A stretch of DNA of 64,000 bases from Paraspadella gotoi (GCA_051294375.1 CM119263.1:2663583-2727582), one strand, 5' to 3'; shown: positions 1-58,798, counted from the stretch's first letter. Notes: generated by a model not told the origin, from the letters alone. Made by a program: numbers and translations.

Positions 1-203
<203 letters not shown>

Positions 204-269
204 TCATCCTATTTTCATCTCAATTTCTCTTTTTCCTTTTTTCAGTTTTCCTGTTAATGAAAAACGACG

Positions 270-14392
<14,123 letters not shown>

Positions 14393-14927
14393 GAAAAAAA
14401 AAGTGGGCGTGGCAACCGAGGTTGGCGTCGGTTGTAGCGCTCGGATAACGTGGGCGTGGGCGACCGTGGCGCCGACGTGGCGTGAGCACCCGAGCGTCGC
14501 CGGAAGTTTCCATCTCCCATCGCCGCGCGAAAAAAAAAAAAAAAGACGATGCCCCGCAGATTTTTCTCCCTTTTTTTTCTCCCACGAGTCCGATGCTTCG
14601 GATTTTAAATATGTACATTTTTAACCGTTACCGACTGTAATTATGTGTTTTATATGTAAATACATATGAATATTCCCTTCATCTATTCTCTGGCGGTTTA
14701 TATTTTGACGAGAAACGAAGAGACGAGTAAAAAATTACATTTGGTTTTTTTTTTCTATTTATTCATTTTTTTTCTCACAAAAGTGACGTTTAAGAAAAAT
14801 GACATAATCACTGAATGTACACCGAGAATTGAACTCTATTTACTTTTTCCATAACTTCCCTTCATTTCCACACAATACTATTTTCTCCTTCACTACTGAA
14901 TTACTAGTAAAATTAATATTATATGAT

Positions 14928-14959
<32 letters not shown>

Positions 14960-15522
14960 GACTATAAATTAACTATAAAGATGAAATTTGACTTCTTCGT
15001 CGAGGGAAGAGGGTCGACATGGATCGTCTTTCACAAACCTTGAGGGGGGGGGTGAGGAATTCAGAGGAAGGGGAGGGGGAAGAGAAGGGAGGAGGAGAAA
15101 CGAGAACGTGAAATTGTGAGGCTGTGATCACGTGACATCACACCATGGACTCGTGACAGGATGACAAAGTCACGGGAGAATTTAAGGAAAGATCAGTGAG
15201 ATCGTGGGTGAATCAAAAAAGAATTTGTGAAGTTGATTCTCCACATTGCGGAGTCCAAATGAGACTGGGGCTGGGGCGGTAGATTTGGGCTGCGGGGCTG
15301 CGGGACTGCGGGGCTGCGGTCGGAGCTCCGCAGCTGCGGGGCTGTGGCTGGGGCTGCGGGACTCGTAATTATTGATGAATTCCGTTTGATTCGTTTGTCG
15401 AACCCGACGAACAAAAGATATCCTCTCATTATTTCTTCATTTCAGTTTTTAAGGATTTGTATGATTTCGAATTATTCGTGTTTCTCATTCGTTTGTTTGT
15501 TTGTTTATATTCTTATTTGGCG

Positions 15523-44946
<29,424 letters not shown>

Positions 44947-46345
44947 CCCAGCGCCGACGGAGAACGGCTGCGTTGAAATATGTTCAAATCGATTATCTCT
45001 TAATTTGTTTGTTTAGTTCAACCCTCAGATCGTCAGCTCCATCTTTCGGCCGAAACGTTAAAAATATACATTTTTTTTGGGTTTTATAATTATAATTTAT
45101 AATTATAATTGAACTGTTGAAATATAAAAACGCGAGTCTCTTCAAAAGCGTGAAATAATTTTGCTGAAAAATCGACCAAAGTTTGAATCGTCTTTAGATT
45201 TTTTCAGATTTTAGAATTTCTCGTTTTTTTTTTCTTTAAAAAGTTTCGCGATAAAGAATCGGATTTGTTTCGCTATTACGAAAATCTATTGTCGGTCGCC
45301 TTTGCGAGATTACGAGAAGGGATCAAACAGGCGAGCGTTCGTGAATGAAAAGTGAGAAATGTTAAAATATTGAGATAGTAATTATTAAAAATGTCTCTTT
45401 TAGAGATAGAAGATTATTAATTATTAATACCTCGACGATAACGAAAGTTTGCCAACGACGACGACGACGACGACGACGAGCGCGTAGACGACGATGATGA
45501 CGACGACGACGATGACGCAGTAAGAATTCAGACTAACAAACCTGAAAAACTAAATTTAGGACGAAAACGACGACGACGAAGATAACGACGATCAAGTCAA
45601 GAGGTTCACTGTTGAGATCTTGAGTCGTGATTATCCGTCGTCATAGAGATTTTTGTCAATACGGAAAAGAAAAGCACAGTAGAGGTGGCGTCGACGACGA
45701 CGACGATGACAGATAACGACGACGACGACGAGGAAAATAAACCGGGGAGAGTAGACCTGACGTCGAGACCCGCTTTTCGCTTAATGGATAAATATCGACT
45801 TTCTATCTCTTTTTACTCCTCCCCCTTTGGTAAAAAACAAATATGAAAGAAGCAAATCAAATAAATTAAAAAAACAAAAACAAAACAAAACAAAAAAACA
45901 AACTTGTGATTGACGCGAATTTAAAATGGAATGGGTTTTTTTTTGGTGTCATATATGATCTGATTTTCCGTTATAATTATATTACTTTTACGTCATAACT
46001 GATAAATCAACTAAAAGAATTTTCCAGGAATAAGTTTCTTGATGTAATATCAAAGCAGAAATAAGAAAATAACCAAAACAAAAACAAAAGACAAACGAAA
46101 TAATTAATCATTTTTTTATTTTCTTTTNNNNNNNNNNNNNNNNNNNNNNNNNNNNNNNNNNNNNNNNNNNNNNNNNNNNNNNNNNNNNNNNNNNNNNNNN
46201 NNNNNNNNNNNNNNNNNNNNNNNNNNNNNNNNNNNNNNNNNNNNNNNNNNNNNNNNNNNNNNNNNNNNNNNNNNNNNNNNNNNNNNNNNNNNNNNNNNNN
46301 NNNNNNNNNNNNNNNNNNNNNNNNNNNNNNNNNNNNNNNNNNNNN

Positions 46346-46382
<37 letters not shown>

Positions 46383-47297
46383 ACTTGTGACATTCATTTC
46401 TCATTTCTTGTCGAACAGAATCGATTTTTCTAAACAAGGAGAGAAAATTCATCATTTGGTTCACCTTCTTGTCATTTTATCATTTTTGTCTCACGGGTGA
46501 GTTATGGTGAAAACTCTCAACTCATGGCTCATCAGTCATGGCCAGAACAAAAAAGTGTTTCATGAAATTGGTACGACTCGATGTTTCGGTCACGACCTAT
46601 TTTGTTTTTGTTTTTTGTTCCCGCGGGTCAGAGCGCCCTCTCTCGGACCTCCGGCGGTGAAGTTTGTTTCGCGCTAAATTGAGAAAACAAAAGGCGTCTG
46701 TTTGATTAACTGGTTAACTGAACTCTTCTTGTGAGCTTTGTGCATACAAAGGAATGAAATAACTTGGAGGCATACCAAGCGAACATAGTAAGAATGAGCC
46801 TGTTCGGAGAAAAATAATTTCACTGATTATCATGAATATAAACATTATTAGTAAAATATTTCCTAAAATAAAATACTACATTAAATACATTTCGCTTAGC
46901 TGAATAAAAAACAGGTCAAGACGAAAACGAGGCTGGACATAAGAAAAAAAAAGAACGTCGTTGGATTTTGAAAGTCTGAAGCTATAAAAATATTATTATT
47001 GTTATTGAAATTATAGATATAATACGTTTAGCTTCATAGACATTTGAATGTCTATTTTAAAATGTTCTGTGGAAGGTTTGGAATAAGTTAAGATAGACTT
47101 TTAATCAAATTGAGGTCAGCTCTAACTAGCTTTGCAAGTAAGCGGTGTCTTCGCGAGAGTGGTCAGTGGTGACTGGTCACTGGTCAGTGGTCAGTGGTCA
47201 CTCAGTAGTGAATGTGGGACATGAATTTATAAATTGAAGGGAAAAGTTTGTCTCAGAGAAGCCGGCGAACAACATTTTGATGGTTCCCATAAAATTT

Positions 47298-47343
<46 letters not shown>

Positions 47344-47746
47344 GTGAGCGAATGGAAAATATCGGGTCGAGGAAGGTCAAAGTTAAGAGTAAGTGAAGGT
47401 GAGGCTAAGGTAAGGAAGAGGAAATGATGAAAGAGAGTTTAAAGGAAAAGGAAAGTAGATCGTGTTAAGGAGAGGCAGAGAAATAAGGGGAAAAAAGGGG
47501 AGAGAGAGAGAGAGGAGAGAGAAGAAGAGAAGAGAGAGAGAGAGAGGAGAGAGAGAGAAGAGAAGAGAGGAAGAGAGAGAGAGAGAGAGAGAGAGAGATC
47601 GTGGAGAAGTTTGTAGAAAATTCGGCCGAAATTTGGGTTTCCATTCCACCCAATTTTGCGACGAAAAAACGCAAAGAATATTCGCAACTTTCGCAAATTG
47701 TTGTCGACAAATCTTTGATAATCTGAAAAGACAACATCGACGATGA

Positions 47747-47784
<38 letters not shown>

Positions 47785-47945
47785 TTTGATGAGATCAGAA
47801 CCAAAGAGAAAAAAAGATTTGTTAAAAATGCAGTCGAGACGGAAAGAGAAACTGCGACGATTCGAGAAAAACATTAAATATTAAAACTCACTTGGGAGAC
47901 ATTGACAACCTCATGGCTCGTTTCTCTCTCTCTCTTCTCTCTTCT

Positions 47946-48036
<91 letters not shown>

Positions 48037-48530
48037 TCTCTTCCCTTTCCAAGGAACGAGCGCAGTGAAAGCTAAACGATTTAGCTACGAAAATTTTTCC
48101 GACTCAACTGAAAACCTTTTCCTTCGAGTGGGCGGTTTATGTAATAAATAACAAACAAACAAAAATTCTTTTTTTTTCATTTAAACACGAAATGAAAAAT
48201 ATTTGTTTATTCATCGACATTAAAATGATTCCGAGCAACGAAAGAATTAATGAATAAATTTCATATTTCTTTTTTTTTTAAATTTAGTAGCACAAAAACG
48301 GGAGAATTTTTTCAACATCTACGAAGACAAAATTGACTTTTGTTTACAACCTCGGCATCTAATGGCATCGAATGAAATGTCATGGCAAAGTAATTAAATG
48401 GTATCGAAAGTCAATGAACGGCATCGAACGGCATTTTTTGCCGTCGAACGACCTCCGAATTAGATGATTCATTTGTTGCCGTTTGGATGGAATAAAATAG
48501 TCGAACCACGACAATATTTGTCGCTATTAA

Positions 48531-48692
48531 CCTAAAGCGCCCCATTTCTGTTCGGGAACTTAGATATTTAATTTTAATGTTTTACAACTATTTAACCCAA
48601 TCGCTAAACTTATTGCCTAACCTTATCCCTCATCCCTTACCCCAATCCTCTTAATAAAAACTGAAATGAGGCGTTTTTGGGAAATATGGTCC
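48531..48692 (-). mobile_element. MITE-like element, copy 3 (inverted)
   Basis: cctaaagcgccccatttctgtt ... cctaaccttatccct ... gaaatgaggcgtttttggga; same ends as copies 1 and 2 in reverse orientation. Confidence 0.5.
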
Positions 48693-49709
48693 AAAAGTTA
48701 AGTAACAAATTTTCTGTTTTTTAAAATAACAAAAATAAAAACGATTTAATCGGAAGAAATTATTAATTTATGCAGGAGAGAAAAAACTGCATTGGGCGAT
48801 CGGAAGAAAAAAAAGAACAAAAAGACAAAAGGGGACGGGGAGAGGACGTCTGGCGGCGAAATGAAAAACGACGCGTCCCGTTGGCGTCTCTTTTTTTTTT
48901 TTTTCTAGTTTTGTCTCGTTTTGTTTACTCGGCGTTTGTTTTTGGAAATAAACCGGTCGTTCTTTCTCGCTCGAAAAAGAGAGACATCTGACGGAGAAGA
49001 AAGTAACGAGAATCTTGGGGCGATCGGCGACGACGCCCAATTTTCTATATTCAATTTATTTTCATTTTAATTTAGACGAAAATTTATGACTAATATTTAG
49101 AACTAAATTCCAAATAAACTGGGAAACAAAATGCTTAATGAAAAAAAAAAGAAGTTTCGAGCAAAAATCGATGAATCGTTCGTCGCCGAGATTGAAGCCA
49201 AGCGAGACCAAGGGGGGGAGGGGGGCGGAGGGGGGCGGAGGGAGAAAGAAGATTAGCAGGAGCAGATGGGGCGGCGGAGATAGTAAGGAGAGCAGGGAGA
49301 GAGAGCAGGGATAGCAGGGAGAGAGCAGGGGATCGGCAGTAGGCTTGATTAAGAATCGATTGAAAAACGGGAATCGATTCCAACCTCACGATTTAATGAA
49401 TAAATAACTAAAGATGTTTCATTATTTATCAGACTCTGTCGCTTGTTTCCTGGCCTGCTTCCTGGCCTGTTTCCTCACTAAATCTCCACCCTTTCCCCAA
49501 CTGCTCCCCGATTGCTCCCCGTCGAATTATCGATCCGCGCGTAAAATTAATTAAAAAATCAACCATAGAAAACTTCTTTTTTTTTCGTCGTCGACGGAGT
49601 TCCTTTGTTTTCTTCTGAGCCGAGAGACTTTAGGTGGCGCTGCGATCGCCGATTTTGGCCAACCTAAAACGAAAAACAAAAGGGGAGTTAATGCACCGAC
49701 GGGGAAAAA

Positions 49710-52700
49710 AATCTAGAATAAAAAAGAGAAAAAAAATATTTAAGGCTTTTCCGCTCGAAAGCTAATAGCTTTTCGTTTCCAATTGAAAAAAAAAATATTC
49801 ACGCCTGGATGTATTTGACAAGAATTCTTTCACAAATTTTAAATAATTTGCGCCGTAATTACTGGCTAGTTTTCAACTAATAATAATAACTGTCGACTTT
49901 ATGTTACGTTATTCGTTAATAAAGTTAATTCACCGTTCTTTCGTCCTAAACAAAAAGGTGTTAATGTTGGAAGTTGGGAAATAAGTTTAGGATGCAGCGA
50001 ATAATTTAAATATGGCGCTGAGTCATTGTTACGGTTATTGTTTTTGTTGGTGCAAGCAATCCTGTATATGATTTTTTCACGTTTTACTATGTTTTTTTCA
50101 GGAAGTTTTACATATATTTAAATTGTTTTCTATTTTTAGCTTCTCACTCTCTTTATTCTTTTGTATAGACAAAAAAAAATTTATAAAAAAAATAAACATC
50201 ATGATTCAACATAAATCATAATAAATTAAAAAACATGAACAATACCGGCACCCAGTATTACACTACACTTCAGTCACGAAGCATTTTCACGAACCTCCAC
50301 TTTACTAAAGACCTACTTTCACAAATTTTCACTCCGGTAGAGAATTTTCACAAACATCCAGTGAACACTCACTTTCACAAAGCGCCACTACAGTACGTAA
50401 AGACCCCATTTTCACTCACTCCCAATCCACGTCAGTGAACACTCACTTTCACTCACCCCTCACTCCTGCATCCCGCGCTACAACTGTCGTCGACGTAATT
50501 GTCGCTAATGGAACTCGTTTTTCAATCCCGACTAAATTCCCGCCTTCAATTCGCCGCCGCCGCCGCCGCAGCAGCCGCTGCCGCCGCCGCTTCCGCAGCA
50601 GCCGTTAATGACATCGCTGACAATTGTTTTATCTTTTATTGTTAGAAAACGAATCATTCGTAATCATTTTTTCGTCATTGAGATGTCAACAAAAACCCGA
50701 TTGGGACAAAGATTTTAGGCTTTATTTGTTATTTGTTGAGGCATAAAAATGAAGGGATAATAAAAGAGAAGAATGAGAGAGAGAGAGAGAGAGCCATTGG
50801 TGTAGGCGGACGCCAGGCGAGGGGGGGGGATCTATCTCCTCTCTTATCCTTGCCTACTTTTTTCATAGGATAAGAGAAGATAAGAGGGGAGGAGGAGGAG
50901 AGGAGGAGGGAGGAGGAGAGGAAAAAGAGGATGCGAAGCTTACTTCTTTATCGCCTTCATGGCCGCGATATCTGCCCACCGCTTTTACTTTTATGTCCAC
51001 TCTTTCTTCCCTTATTCCTGCCTCTCTACTCTTTTTGTGTCGGTTTCTTTTTGAAATCTCTCCTCTCTCTCTCTCTCTCTCTTCCTCTCTCGTCTCTCTC
51101 TCTCTCTCTCTCTCTCTCCTCTCTCTGCCTCTCCTTGCACCCACAAGTTTTTTCTCTTCATTTGATTTGGTGAAGAACTTCGAAGACAGATAAGTACAAA
51201 CCTCATCAGAGCAAAACAACCATCGCTTTTCGATAACAGACTTATCGCGTTAGCGCCAATCACTGAGAGCTGTATTAGAACAAACATATCGGTCGCATCA
51301 TACGTAGTTAACTTATGTTCTTAAGAATTTTCTTATTTATCGCATTATATAATAGGTCTCTATAGTACATATATATCTGTTATAGATAAATCGATTTTCA
51401 ATTTAGTATTTTTTTTACTTGGCAACCGGGATTTATGCAGTAAATATGTTTTTTGTTTATTTTTTTTATTATAGTGTTTTTCACGGATGTCTGTTGGATC
51501 TCTCTCCTGCGGCGCTCGCAGTAACGAGGCGACTTCTTCCGTAATGCCGCATACCCGATATCCAATCTGGGCGTCGCGTGTTCGGGCCGCTCCACCAAAT
51601 ACTTTCGTCGTCGTCCTGAGGTTGGACTCCGAGGGAATTTCTGGGTCAGGCTGAGCGATACGCCTCGTTAAGAGATCGGAGGTCTCCCCGCCTCGTCACG
51701 GGCTTTGCTCCCTTTTATCCAGTCGTCGCCGGTCGACATGCCTGCTAAGTCCCTCTTCGAACTCTTACGGTGAGAGAGACAGAGAGAGGAGATGACGAGA
51801 GATCGAGACGAGAGAGACTGAAGTAGAGAGACGCAGAGCAGGGAGCGATGCAGAGCATTCATTTGCTCATTTTATTATCCCTTCATTTTTATGGCCTCAA
51901 CAAATAACATAAAGCCTAAAATCGTTATGTCGCGCAAAGTACGGGTTTTGATTGGTGAACGATCTCGAGAGTGACGAAAAATGTATTACGAAATGAGTAT
52001 GCGAGTATAGATATATTGCTAGACAGTTAAAATGAATACATTAACGACTAGAAATCTAATTGTGTCAATGAACAGCCATTTTGTCATTTTTTAACTGAAG
52101 CTTGCTTCCATCGGCGGAAATCAGGTCGGCGTTGGCGGTGCCGCCAGCGATGGCTGCTTGCGGGGAAATCAGAACACCGTGGCCGCCGCAGGTGCGAGCC
52201 CCGTCGGGCGGGCGCGGTCCGAATTTGACAGGGCGGGGAATTGTAGTACGGGGGATTGAAATAAACGATGTTCCACCATTCAGCAGGACCAATTACGGCA
52301 AGAGTAATTTGCGACGCCGAGAGAGCTCAGGCCGGTGCTGTAGTGCAAAAGTTAGCCGGCGCCGGCACCTGTCAGGGACCGGCTGTTTGTGTACGTGTGC
52401 AGGGGTGGCGGGACTGCAGAGTGAGATGTCGGTCCGTTGGCCCGGACGTTGAGTGGGGAGATGAACGGTGATTGCGGTGAGTGCCTTTGAGTGTATACAT
52501 GTCGGGTCTCTTAGCGAGTACTTCTGTCAGATGGTGAGGTGGAGCGCCTTTTCGTGAAAGGTGCTGTTCACACATTGGCATGAATTTGGTGAACAAATCT
52601 CCTGATCTCCCTCTACCGGATGCAAATATATTGCTCGTGTAAGTGTATGCGTTTCACTTTCCTATCAGTTAAGTGGAGGGCTCTTCTCTGTCCGGTGAAA

Positions 52701-53600
52701 GATGCATTCTGATGCACAGTGTAGTGGTGTCAATACTGCTTAGGCGTGCCTGGTCATGCGAACGTACCGGTCAGGTGTTGGGTGTGTTAATTTGCGATTA
52801 TGACATTTATGGGTATGACAGAAGTAGACTATTGATGTTTATTTGCTCATTGCTGTTCATAAATTCTTTTTTTGTACTATACAAAAGAGAGGAGAGAGAG
52901 GTTGAGGAGGGAAAGACTAAAAGCATGAGAAACAGACACCACGTGTAAATATATGTGCCACTAACTCTCCTGAAAAAACCATCAGTAAGAGGAGGCATCG
53001 TGGGAAAGATCATATACCCAGCGATTTGCTTGCACTCAACAAAACAGATGAACGTAACAATCGACATCAGAAGCCACCATACCCTTTTCAGAATTATTCC
53101 GCCTGCAATTCACCCTGGAAAAACATTGTGACTGGATGTCCTAAGACTTACCTCCGGAAACTGATTAACTAGACAGTCCTGTTTATTCGTTTTCTAGCGT
53201 CAGAGTGATCAAACGAAACGGTGTATCATCTTATAACTATTATTTGATCGCCTGAATAACTCGTCCAGTACCACATTTCACCAGTACGTGCGCACTAGTT
53301 AGTCGTCTCTTAGTACCTGTAGCGGTTAGCGATTCAGCAGAACTTAGGCGGCAGGTAATTACGTCGCGCCGCGCGAAATATTATTGTACACAAGGATCTC
53401 TCGGGATCGAAAGATTTCTTGAGTCACGGCCGCCCAGATACCCACATCCCAAGAGCGTCGATAGGACTACGGGCTGGGCGAGGAATATTTCCGCCTTTGT
53501 TATCTTCTCTGGCAGATAGCGACGAGGAAGCGAGTAAGCTATTAGCTTTCGAGGAGACGGAGACAAAGCCTTAAAATATTTTTTTTCTCCTTTTTTTAAT
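49710..53600. repeat. Degenerate fold-back: ~51700-53600 is a noisy reverse complement of ~49710-51200
   Basis: 53535-53603 mirrors 49713-49775, and 51868-51925 mirrors 50710-50765; the copy is rich in insertions. Confidence 0.75.
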
Positions 53601-53645
53601 TCTACGATAATAGTTTAGCGNNNNNNNNNNNNNNNNNNNNNNNNN

Positions 53646-54074
53646 TTTTCTTTTTTTAGAAAACAACCTAGTATTTTTTTTAGTTTCTACAAGTAACTAA
53701 GGTTTTATTTTTAAAAAAGTTACCTTTGAGGTTTTGAACGCTGTCATACCAAAAACAGCAACGACGACGACGACGACAGCGATAAACGGATAAGTAATGA
53801 GACGCCTTTAGTAAATTGAAATAGTTTTTTCCATCGATTGGATTAAACATTAAACATTAAAATTTCTAAATTTAAAGGGATTTTTTGAGGAGTTAAAAAG
53901 AGAGTGAATCGGTGAGCTGACACTAAATTTTGGTCTTAACATTTTTGGAGAATTCAATTTAAAATTCAAAAGCAAAAACGATGTTTAGAAAAAAAGTTTG
54001 AAATATAAGATTAAGGAGACGAGTTACGAATTACGAATTACGAATTATGTCGATTTAACGTCACCAAAAGAGAA

Positions 54075-54106
<32 letters not shown>

Positions 54107-54252
54107 TGATTTATGATGATTAACAAGATATAATGTTAAGGAATATGGAATATAATATCATCGTTAAAATGTATGAATGAAGAATGAATATCGCAAATAA
54201 GCTAAACATAGAAGCGTAAAACCGTAGTCTAATGAAAATGCAAAAAGGGAGT

Positions 54253-54314
<62 letters not shown>

Positions 54315-54889
54315 TGTAGTAACGATAGCTTTCATGGACGCGAGGGAAATATCAGTTGATGGTGTTATCAAAATGGCGACCGTTGACCGAAATATCCGTG
54401 AAGCTGCTGTCGCTACTGCTGCTACTGTCGCTGCCTCGGCGCGCTGTCACGGCGACTCTTCCTTCTGCCGCTGTACCAGCCGCTTTCCGCTGCGCTAATC
54501 ACGCCCTCTTGAAGCCATAAGATCTTTCCAATCGCTATAATTATAATTCTGCTTTTTGTCTTTATTCTCCCATTTCAATTCTATGCAATTCTATATCGAT
54601 AGATTTTATAGTGGGGATTTCTTATAAAAATTCAAATCCTTGTAAATTAATTTGATATCCATCATGTATAATGCCGCCGCTGCCGCCTCCTCCTCTTCTC
54701 CTCCTCTCCTACACCTCCTCATCATTCCCCCTCCCCCCCCCGCGCCCATCCGAGGTCCACGATGTTTGCGTCGAGAGTACAAAAGAGAAAAAAAAAACAT
54801 TTTCTTCCCAAAATGTTTCTGTTGTTTTTTGTTGGAATTCATTCTCTTTTTTATTCGAATTTTATTTTTATCTCTCGAAATCTCTCTTT

Positions 54890-54978
<89 letters not shown>

Positions 54979-56573
54979 CGCGAAAGCGACACAGGTGAGG
55001 AACCGAGCCGCCTTACCCGATTTTTTGACGGATTCTCGTTCAGCGAGAGGAGAAAAGAAAAGGTCGTTGTCGTCGTCGTTGTTGTTGTCGTTGTTGTTGT
55101 CGTCGTCACCATCGAGTCAGCCGTAGATATATACGTTCAATTATTAATATTTATCACCTGCTTAATTTATAAAGTCGAAAGAAAAGGCATTTTCATGGTC
55201 GTCAACGTTTTTTTTCCGCCATCTTCAATTTCGTTTTGACTTGAAAGGCTATTCGTCCAAAAAGGGACAACCTTACTCTCAAAGCGTAGACGTGGTCGTC
55301 TTCGTCATCGTCGTCATCATCGCTTTGTCGTCATCGTTATCATTGTCATCGTCTTCGTCTTCTCCGACTTTGTCATTGTCATCATCATCGTCGTCTTCCT
55401 CTTTGTCATCATCGTCATCGTCATCATCGTCTTCGCCGTCACCATCTTTGTCATTGTCATCATCGATCATTATCATCGTCATCGCCTTCATCACATTATC
55501 TCGTCGTCATCGCCTTCGTCTTCGTCGTCATCGTCACACTTTTTTTATTTCCCTTTACCTTCGCTGTTTTTCTCTTTTTATCTAGTAATAAAACTTTGAA
55601 ACTTTAAGTGAGGCTTCTGTTGACTTTTATTCTTATCCCTTTCCTTTTTTTCTTTTTTTCTCTATTATCTTCCATTTATTTATGTATTATTTATTCTCAT
55701 ATATATCTTCCTAGATGTTCTTCTATATTCTTCTCATTCTCTCTCTCTTTTATTTCCTATTATTTATTCTCAAAATGGTCTTCTTATATCTTCTTCTATT
55801 TCCTTATCAATTCATTCTTCCCTCACTTTTTCTTTTTCCTCACCTCAACCGGAAATGGCGCGTCTCCCCATCGAGGCGAAGAAGCTAACTGACGCCACGT
55901 GGAAAATCGAATCGTTCTCACGCGCATCGAAAAAACAAAATGGCGTCAAAAACAAAAACAAACTACTGGCGTCTAATGCAAAAAAACAAAATGAAGTCGA
56001 AAGGAACAAAAAAAAATGACGGCGAAACCAAAAACAAAATGGCGTCAAAAAGAACAACAAAAGGGCGTCGAAAGAAAAACAAAATAGAAAACAACAACAT
56101 AATGGCGTAAAAACAAAAAACAAATGATCTGAAAAAAAATTTTGAATCAACAGGCTCTCTACTAAAATATTAAACAAAGATTCAAACTTGTATATATCAA
56201 AAAGCTATTACTATCATCAAAACGAAAAAAATTTCCTTAGCAAAACATAAAACAAAATGTTTCTGAGATGGAAACAAAATCGCATCTTTGTCATTTCCTT
56301 GCGGAGATGGGGGGCGGCCAGGGGAGGGGGGGGCATTCTTCTCTTTATCCTTGCCTACTTTTTTTTTCATAGGATAAGGAAGATAAGAGGGAGGAGGAGG
56401 AGAGGAGGAGGGAGGAGGAGAGGAGGAACGAGGATGCGAAGCTTACCTTTTATCGCCTTCATGGCCGCGATATCTGCCACCCGCTTTTACTTTTATGGTT
56501 CACTCTTTCTTCCCTTATTCCTGCCTCTCTTACTCGTTTTTGTGCTTTCTTTTTGAAAATCTCTCTCTCTCTG

Positions 56574-56635
<62 letters not shown>

Positions 56636-56751
56636 CTTCCCCCGAAGTTTTTTCTCTTCATTTGATTTGGTGAAGAACTTCGAAGACGAATAAAGTACAA
56701 ACCTCATCAGAGCAAAACCACCATCGCTTTTCGATAAATTCTTCGTCTCTC

Positions 56752-56801
<50 letters not shown>

Positions 56802-58112
56802 CGCAAAGGAAATGACAAAGATGCGATTTTGTTTTCATCTCAGAAACATTTTGTTTTATGTTTTGCTAAGGAAATTTTTTTCGTTTTGATGATAGTAATA
56901 GCTTTTTGATATACAAGTTTGAATCTTTTGTTTAATATTTTAGTAGAGAGCCTGTTGATTCAAAATTTTTTTTCAGATCATTTGTTTTTTGTTTTTACGC
57001 CATTATGTTGTTGTTTTCTATTTTGTTTTCTTTCGACGCCTTTTTGTTGTTTTTTTTGACGCCATTTTGTTTTTTGGTTTCGCGTCATTTTTTTTTCCTT
57101 TCGACTTCATTTTGTTTTTTTGCATTAGACGCCATTTTGTTTTTGTTTTTGACGCCATTTTGTTTTTTCGATGCGCGTGAGACGATTCGATTTCCACGTG
57201 GCGTCGTTAGCTTCTTCGCCTCGATGGGGAGACGCGCCATTTCCGGTTGAGGTGAGGAAAAAGAAAAAGTGAGGGAAGAATGAAATGATAAGGAAATAGA
57301 AGAAGATATAAGAAGACCATTTTGAGAATAAATAATAGGAAATAAAAGAGAGAGAGAATGAGAAGAATATAGAAGAACATCTAGGAAGAATATTATGAGA
57401 ATAAATAATACATAAATAAATGGAAGATAATAGAGAAAAAAGAAAAAAAGGAAAAGGGATAAGAATAAAAGTCAACAGAAGCCTCACTTAAAGTTTCAAA
57501 GTTTTATTACTAGATAAAAAAGAGAAAAACAGCGAAGGTAAAGGGAAATAAAAAAAGTGTGACGATGACGACGAAGACGAAGGCGATGACGACGAAGATA
57601 ATGATGATGAAGGCGATGACGATGATAATGATGATGATGACAATGACAAAGATGGTGACGGCGAAGACGATGATGACGATGACGATGATGACAAAGAGGA
57701 AGACGACGATGATGATGACAATGACAAAGTCGGAGAAGACGAAGACGATGACAATGATAACGATGACGACAAAGACGATGATGACGACGATGACGAAGAC
57801 GACCACGTCTACGCTTTGAGAGTAAGGTTGTCCCTTTTTGGACGAATGCCTTTCAAGTCAAAACGAAATTGAAGATGGCGGAAAAAACGTTGACGACCAT
57901 GAAAATGCCTTTTCTTTCGACTTTATAAATTAAGCAGGTGATAAATATTAATAATTGAACGTATATATCTACGGCTGACTCGATGGTGACGACGACAACA
58001 ACAACGACAACAACAACGACGACGACAACGACCTTTTCTTTTCTCCTTCGCTGAACGAGAATCCGTCAAAAAACGGGTAAGGCGCTCGGTTCCTCACCTT
58101 TCGCATTTCGCG

Positions 58113-58148
<36 letters not shown>

Positions 58149-58798
58149 TCCTCTCTCTCCCTCTCTCTCTCTCTCTACTATCCTCTCATCTCTCTCTCTC
58201 TCTCTCTCTCTTTGCAAAGACGAGATTTCGAGAGATAAAAATAAAATTCGAATAAAAAAAGAGAATGGAATTCCCAAACAAAAAACAAACAAAACATTTT
58301 TGGGAAGAAAATGTTTTTTTTTTCTCTTTTGACTCTCGACGCAAACATCGTGGACCTCGGATGGGCGCGGGGGGGGGAGGGGGAATGATGAGGAGGTGTA
58401 GGAGGAGGAGGAGGAAGAGGAGGAGGCGGCAGCGGCGGCATTATACATGATGGATATTAAATTAATTTACAAGGACTTTGAATTTTTATAAGAAATCCCC
58501 ACTTAATAAAATCTATCGATATAGAATTGCATAGAATTGAAATGGGAGAATAAAGACAAAAAGCAGAATTATAATTATAGCGATTGGAAGATTCTTATGG
58601 CTTCAAGAGGGCGTGATTAGCGGCAGCGGAAGCGGCTGGTACAGCGGCAGAAGGAAGAGTCGCCGTGACAGCAGCGCCGAGGCAGCGACAGTAGCAGCAG
58701 TAGCGACAGCAGCTTCACGGATATTTCGGTCAACGGTCGCCATTTTGATAACACCATCAACTGATATTTCCCTCGCGTCCATGGAAAACTATCGTTCA

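Noticed and set aside
47892-47914. ATG-containing upstream exon (MRLSMSP + gtgagt) as the DCDC2 start
   Set aside because: It ends in phase 2, which does not match the open frame of exon 44967-44917. It may be a 5'-UTR exon, but this is unsupported.
52065-53566. Several non-repetitive-looking ORFs
   Set aside because: They lie in the noisy reverse-complement arm and show no recognisable domains.
56690-56735. CTGATGA...GAA on the - strand (also near 51200, 46540 and 60680), a possible hammerhead ribozyme
   Set aside because: No convincing stem II closing onto GAAA and no stems I/III that I could pair.
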